From positions 2,883 to 66,882 of the forward strand of contig JANXSD010000087.1 in NCBI GenBank assembly GCA_025352785.1: a stretch of DNA of 64,000 nucleotides, in the 5' to 3' direction. Below are positions 59,240 to 64,000 of this stretch, in pieces. A model generated the notes under the pieces. The model saw only the letters and a program-made list of their open reading frames with translations. It was not told the DNA's origin and made no database searches. The first letter of the stretch is position 1. Every line of letters starts with the position of its first letter. The stretch comes from Bacteroidota bacterium. Its GTDB lineage: Bacteria > Bacteroidota > Bacteroidia > AKYH767-A > OLB10. The translations under genes were made by a program, and so were the position numbers.

Positions 59240-59752
59240 ATGACCAAGTACATTGCAATTATTTGTGGTATTCTATTAGGATTTAATAGTATTACAAACG
59301 CCCAAGGAACATTAAAGTTTGGACATATTAATTCCACACAACTTTTAGGGGCTATGCCAGAAACAAAAAATGCGGATTCAACGCTTCAGAAATTCGGTAG
59401 CTCTTTAGAAAGCCAACTGAAAACAATGTCGGCAGAATACCAAGGAAAAATCCAAGATTTTAAAGCCAAAGAAAGTTCAATGGCTGAACCGATCCACGAT
59501 GCGAAAATGAAAGAAATTAGTGATCTAGAGCAACGCATTCAAGATTTTCAAGAATCAGCGCAAACATCTATGCAAAAAAAGAAAGAAGAGCTCTATGCTC
59601 CCATTATCAAAAAAGCAGAAGATGCAATCTCTGCTATCGCTAAGGAGAAATCATACTCTTATATTTTCGATACCAGCGTAGGCGCCTTTTTATATACGCA
59701 AGAATCAGATAATGTTATGTCGATTGTAAAAAGTAAATTGGGATTGAAATAA
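59240..59752 (+). CDS. OmpH/Skp-family periplasmic chaperone (copy 2)
   Basis: Signal peptide, KFGHINSTQLL N-terminal motif, coiled-coil, C-terminal YIFDTSVGAFLYTQ. Confidence 0.8.
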   Translation: MTKYIAIICGILLGFNSITNAQGTLKFGHINSTQLLGAMPETKNADSTLQKFGSSLESQLKTMSAEYQGKIQDFKAKESSMAEPIHDAKMKEISDLEQRIQDFQESAQTSMQKKKEELYAPIIKKAEDAISAIAKEKSYSYIFDTSVGAFLYTQESDNVMSIVKSKLGLK

Positions 59753-59775
59753 AATTTAATACCCTTCTATAAAAA

Positions 59776-59807
59776 CCCTGGCAATATAATTTTGTCAGGG
59801 TTTTTTT
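59776..59807 (+). terminator. rho-independent terminator after the second skp gene
   Basis: ccctggcaa / ttgtcaggg (9-bp stem with one G-U), a 7-nt loop, then a T7 run; 24 nt after the stop. Confidence 0.7.
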
Positions 59808-60119
59808 GCTTTGCAGTGAACCAAAGATATAACTGCTCGCAAAGGCGCTTATGAATTTTAGGGCATAAAAGAATTTTAATTATTAGAAGCATCTAGAAAT
59901 TAAAACATGGGTAGTGTAGAAGTAATACCAACTGCCAATATGTTTTAGTCTAATCTACTTGTCCTTTTTCATCAATACTTCTTAAAAAAATAGTTCCGTA
60001 GGCAAAGGCTATGCAACGATTTTTTAAAATCGTCTTGATAAACAATTACATCGCATCTTTGGACTAAAACATATTTGAAATTGGTATAAATTGAGATAAA
60101 TAGTTTGGAAGAATGATGT

Positions 60120-60127
60120 TACATTTG
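60120..60127 (+). promoter_or_regulatory. TACATTTG, a perfect TAnnTTTG -7 element 4 nt upstream of the murI ATG (same element and spacing as at serA)
   Basis: Exact consensus match read from the sequence. Confidence 0.35.
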
Positions 60128-60131
60128 CAAT

Positions 60132-60953
60132 ATGGCATCAAAAAAAGATTCTTCGTCACGCCCTTTGGGGATTTTTGATTCTGGAATTGGAGGGTTAACA
60201 GTAGCAAGTGCTGTGCATGCGTTACTACCCAATGAAACCATCATTTACTTTGGGGACACTACACATCTCCCCTATGGAGATAAGTCGCCAGAAGCGATAA
60301 AAAAATGGTCGTTAGTGATTTCCGAGTTCTTATTAACTTTTGATTGTAAGATGGTCATCATTGCATGCAATAGTATTTCATCAGTAGCATTTGAGGTTGT
60401 GAAAAAACTTGTTGGAACCCGCGCAATTGTTGTTAATGTAATTGATCCTGTTGTAGCGTATGTAAGTGCGCAAAACACCTTAAAAAATGTAGGAGTTATT
60501 GGCACCAAGGCTACGATTCGTACTGATATGTATGCAAAGAAATTAAAGGAGAAAAAAAACAAGTTAACTGTTTCTTCTTTAGCAACACCCTTACTTGCAC
60601 CGATGATTGAAGAGGGTTTTTTTAATAATAAAATCAGTAAAACAATTATTAACGATTATCTTTCTCGTCCTAAGTTAGCAAAGATTGACAGTTTAATTTT
60701 AGGCTGCACTCATTATCCTTTGATTCGTGCTGAGATGGAGCAATATTATAAAGGGCGTGTTGTTATTTTTGATTCAGCACAAATTGTTGCGCATCATGTT
60801 CAGTGGCTATTAGATGAACATCATTTATTAAATTCAGGCAAAGCAAAAAAACACCGTTTTTATATTTCCGACTTCACTCCTGCATTTGAGCAGAGCACAA
60901 AAATTTTCTTCAAAGGAAAAGTATCACTCGAACAGAAAAATTTGTGGAAGTAG
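60132..60953 (+). CDS. murI: glutamate racemase
   Basis: IGIFDSGIGGLTV N-terminal motif and the two catalytic Cys contexts (ACNS..., GCTHYP). Confidence 0.9.
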   Translation: MASKKDSSSRPLGIFDSGIGGLTVASAVHALLPNETIIYFGDTTHLPYGDKSPEAIKKWSLVISEFLLTFDCKMVIIACNSISSVAFEVVKKLVGTRAIVVNVIDPVVAYVSAQNTLKNVGVIGTKATIRTDMYAKKLKEKKNKLTVSSLATPLLAPMIEEGFFNNKISKTIINDYLSRPKLAKIDSLILGCTHYPLIRAEMEQYYKGRVVIFDSAQIVAHHVQWLLDEHHLLNSGKAKKHRFYISDFTPAFEQSTKIFFKGKVSLEQKNLWK

Positions 60954-61054
60954 CCTCTTAAATTGATTGATAATTTCATTATTGTCTGCTATCGTAAAAA
61001 AGTACATTCAACTAATTAACCATTTATACTGATCGCATGTGATGCATAATAAAA

Positions 61055-61513
61055 ATGAACACTCCTTACATACTACAAAGAACAAATTCGGATGATTTAA
61101 ATTTTCAAGGTCTTGTTACGTTACTTGATATGGACCTAAAAATTCGCGATGGTGAAGATTATTTATTTTACGCGCAACTCAACAAAATTGATGCAATAAA
61201 AAATGCAGTGGTTATATTCATCGAAAATAAATCTGTAGCGTGTGGTGGATTCAAAAAACACAATAGCCATTCTGTGGAGATTAAAAGAATTTTTGTACGT
61301 GAAGAATTTCGCAGGAACGGAATTGCCATGATGGTATTAAAAGAATTAGAATTGTGGGCTCAAGAATTAAATTTTACTGAGTGTATTTTAGAAACGGGAA
61401 TTAATCAACCAGAAGCAATAAGACTTTATCAAAAAATTGGTTATTTTAAAATTCCAAATTACGATCAGTATGCAGGGGTGGCAACTAGTATATGTATGAA
61501 GAAAATATTTTGA
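61055..61513 (+). CDS. GNAT-family N-acetyltransferase
   Basis: 152 aa; acetyl-CoA-binding motif (VREEFRRNGIAMMVLKELE). Confidence 0.75.
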   Translation: MNTPYILQRTNSDDLNFQGLVTLLDMDLKIRDGEDYLFYAQLNKIDAIKNAVVIFIENKSVACGGFKKHNSHSVEIKRIFVREEFRRNGIAMMVLKELELWAQELNFTECILETGINQPEAIRLYQKIGYFKIPNYDQYAGVATSICMKKIF

Positions 61514-61908
61514 CATCGAACTACTTGCGGGTTTAAGAATGGCCATTTCGGAAACGAAACTGTTTATCAGCACTGAATTGTTTTAAATTCAAAAACACTT
61601 TATCCCAAGCGATTTACAATAGATGCAGTAAAGTTTGAAGTTCGCATGGAGCGGTGGAATTGTTTTATGGTTGTCGTGTCGGTCTTTACGCTTGCAGATA
61701 ACGGTTTATTGATGATCAACTATTGCCTTTTGATACCCACTTTATTACGGATTCGCGAAAGTTGTTTCTTTTTTCAAATATAGTCCTTTTTGTCGTGGTG
61801 CTACATAGTAGTTAAATTACTAAATTTTGATAAAGTTTTTTAACCAAGTTTACCAACGATAAATGGGCATTGCTTTAAAAGCAAATAATTAATGGTTTAA
61901 GTGTAGGT

Positions 61909-62151
61909 TTGCAAGAAAACATTAAGGATATCTCAATTTCTATTTATCCAAATCCAACTCATGATTTTTGCACTGTTAAATCCAATGTCGGAGAAATATT
62001 AAATAGTGTAGTTTATGATGTTGCGGGAAAAGTGCTTAAAAGACAGATAGAAAAGAAAATCGATTTAACTGAATTTGCAAATGGGATTTATTTTCTACAG
62101 ATTAATTTTAAAAATGGAAAACGTAGTTACTGTAAAGTAATTAAGGAGTAA
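61909..62151 (+). CDS. stand-alone T9SS type-A C-terminal sorting domain (80 aa) with no cargo domain; probable gene remnant
   Basis: ISISIYPNPTHDFCTVKSNVGEILNSVVYDVAGKVL...NGIYFLQINFKNGKRSYCKVIKE is a complete Por-secretion tail. The upstream 395 nt has no ORF. Confidence 0.5.
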   Translation: MQENIKDISISIYPNPTHDFCTVKSNVGEILNSVVYDVAGKVLKRQIEKKIDLTEFANGIYFLQINFKNGKRSYCKVIKE

Positions 62152-62178
62152 AAAATTAATCAATTAAAAAACCCCAAC

Positions 62179-62913
62179 TTACTTTTTCTTATAAGAGGAA
62201 TACCACCCTTTCACTTTCATACTTATCACACCGAAGATGGCTTCTTTAAAAATTCCGCCGCTCATCTTTGATTGCCCTTCGCTACGATCAGTAAAAATAA
62301 TTGGCACTTCTTTAATTGTGAATCCAAGTTTCCAAGAAGCAAATTTCATTTCTATCTGAAACGCATATCCTGTGAAACGAATTTTATCGAAGTCTAATGT
62401 CTCCAAAACTTTTCGCTTGTAACAAACAAATCCAGCTGTGGTATCGCGTATATCCATACCCGTAACGACACGAACATAAATTGATGCAAAATACGACATC
62501 ATCACTCTCCCCATCGGCCAATTCACCACATTCACTCCGGTAATATAACGCGAACCAATACTCATGTCGGCTCCACCTATGGCGCATGCATTGTACAAAC
62601 GAACGAGATCATCGGGGTTGTGGGAGAAGTCGGCATCCATCTCAAAAATATAAGTGTACTTTGTTTGCAATCCCCAACGGAAACCGTGAATATATGCAGT
62701 TCCTAATCCAAGTTTTCCTGCTCTTTGCTCCATGAAAATGCGATCCGGATATTCGGCTTGTAAGCTCTTTACAATCTCAGCAGTGCCATCTTGTGAATTA
62801 TCATCAACAACAAGCAAATGAAAAGGATGAGGTAAGTTCATCACCGTACGCAACATTTTGCCGATGTTTTCTTTCTCGTTATAAGTAGGGATGATAACTA
62901 AACAGTCGGACAC
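62179..62913 (-). CDS. GT2-family polyprenyl-phosphate glycosyltransferase (dolichyl/polyprenol-phosphate mannose synthase-like)
   Basis: IIPTYNEKENI, VVDDNSQDGT, the DADxSH-type motif (EMDADFSH) and a C-terminal basic tail. Confidence 0.8.
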   Translation of the reverse strand: MSDCLVIIPTYNEKENIGKMLRTVMNLPHPFHLLVVDDNSQDGTAEIVKSLQAEYPDRIFMEQRAGKLGLGTAYIHGFRWGLQTKYTYIFEMDADFSHNPDDLVRLYNACAIGGADMSIGSRYITGVNVVNWPMGRVMMSYFASIYVRVVTGMDIRDTTAGFVCYKRKVLETLDFDKIRFTGYAFQIEMKFASWKLGFTIKEVPIIFTDRSEGQSKMSGGIFKEAIFGVISMKVKGWYSSYKKK

Positions 62914-62996
62914 GCCTCGAAGATTGATTTGTTGATTGGTAAAAATAATGGAAAACTAGATGCTATAAGTTTTCAAATTTTTGGTCTACACCGAAA

Positions 62997-63971
62997 TTAC
63001 ATTTTTAATATCCATGCGAATACTAAAGGTGCAACGATACTAGCATCCGATTCTATGATAAATTTAGGAGTATGAATATCGAGTTTGCCCCAGGTAATTT
63101 TTTCGTTTGGAACTGCTCCAGAATAAGAACCGTAACTCGTTGTTGAATCAGAAATCTGACAGAAATAACTCCAAAAAGGAATCTTTTCCATCTCCATATC
63201 CTGATAAAGCATTGGAACCACACATATTGGAAAATCACCAGCGATACCGCCACCAATTTGAAAGAAGCCTACTCCTTTGCCTTCTGAATTATGGATGTAC
63301 CAGTTGGAGAGCCACATCATATACTCGATTCCACTTTTTATGGTTGATGGCTTAAGCTCACCTTTGATACAATATGAGGCGAAAATATTTCCCATCGTAG
63401 AATCTTCCCAGCCTGGAACGATGATCGGAATGTTACGCTCTGCAGCAGCAATCATCCAACTGTTTTTTGGGTTGATCTCATAGTATTGCTCCATTTCTTT
63501 TGATAGAAGCATCTTGTACATGTATTCATGCGGGAAAAAGCGTTCGCCAGCAACTTCAGCATCTTTCCATTGCTTGAAAATATGCTTTTGTATTCTGCGA
63601 AAAGCTTCCTCTTCAGGGATGCAAGTATCAGTAACACGGTTAAAGCCTCCTTCTAACAATTCCCACTCATCCTGCGGACTCAAATCACGGTAGTTAGGAA
63701 CGCGTTTGTAATGCGAATGCGCTACCAAGTTCATAATGTCTTCTTCAAGATTAGCGCCTGTACAGGAAATAATATCCACTTTACCCTGACGAATCATCTC
63801 TGCAAAAGAGATTCCTAGTTCGGCAGTACTCATCGCACCAGCCAAAGTAACCATCATTTTGCCACCTTCTAGCAAATGAGTTTCGTAGCCTTTTGCAGCA
63901 TCTACCAAGGCTGCGGCATTAAAATGAAGGTAATGTTTCTCAATAAATTGAGATATAGGTCCTCTTTGCAT
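62997..63971 (-). CDS. deoxyhypusine-synthase-family protein (DHS-like NAD-binding fold)
   Basis: 324 aa; DHS-like motifs (…MMVTLAGAMSTAELG…DIISCTGANLEEDI…GGGIAGDF…). Confidence 0.75.
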   Translation of the reverse strand: MQRGPISQFIEKHYLHFNAAALVDAAKGYETHLLEGGKMMVTLAGAMSTAELGISFAEMIRQGKVDIISCTGANLEEDIMNLVAHSHYKRVPNYRDLSPQDEWELLEGGFNRVTDTCIPEEEAFRRIQKHIFKQWKDAEVAGERFFPHEYMYKMLLSKEMEQYYEINPKNSWMIAAAERNIPIIVPGWEDSTMGNIFASYCIKGELKPSTIKSGIEYMMWLSNWYIHNSEGKGVGFFQIGGGIAGDFPICVVPMLYQDMEMEKIPFWSYFCQISDSTTSYGSYSGAVPNEKITWGKLDIHTPKFIIESDASIVAPLVFAWILKM

Positions 63972-64000
63972 GATATGCGGATTTTGAAATGTTAGGGTCG

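Overview
This is a low-GC (~36-38%) chromosomal window from a Bacteroidota genome with gliding-motility and T9SS hallmarks. About 85% of it is core housekeeping. It holds ribosomal proteins L21 and L27, pheT, a DEAD-box helicase, and a complete minus-strand dcw division and cell-wall operon (mraZ-rsmH-ftsL-ftsI-murE-mraY-murD-ftsW-murG-murC-ftsQ-ftsA-ftsZ-yqeY, about 18.9-34.9 kb). It also holds engB, fbp, serA, tatA, pdxJ, nadK and the Bacteroidota-typical uppS-bamA-skp-skp-murI block. Accessory content: (1) a 1946-aa T9SS adhesin with about 11 tandem Ig/PKD-like repeats, cadherin-like repeats, SprB-type repeats and a type-B C-terminal sorting domain; (2) a RES toxin with a DUF2384 (Xre-like) antitoxin, next to an ECF sigma / anti-sigma pair and a secreted hypothetical; (3) a decayed T9SS cargo gene (one frameshift, two nonsense codons) and a separate orphan T9SS sorting domain; (4) a PlsC-like and OlsB-like acyltransferase pair (glycine-lipid biosynthesis signature); (5) a 1135-aa outer-membrane protein that fuses a TolB-like PD40 propeller region to an Omp85-type beta-barrel with no recognisable POTRA domain; (6) a 1.25-kb ORF-free region between serA and tatA carrying a tandemly duplicated two-core noncoding module, an atypically GC-rich palindromic island and a plus-strand intrinsic terminator, best read as a candidate sRNA locus. 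Regulatory signals seen directly in the sequence include three 10-bp-phased GTGG(G/T) direct repeats upstream of mraZ (candidate MraZ boxes) and perfect Bacteroidota -7 promoter motifs (TAnnTTTG) 4 nt upstream of the serA and murI start codons and 8 nt upstream of the uppS start codon, which suggests leaderless transcripts. No CRISPR, rRNA or tRNA genes were detected.
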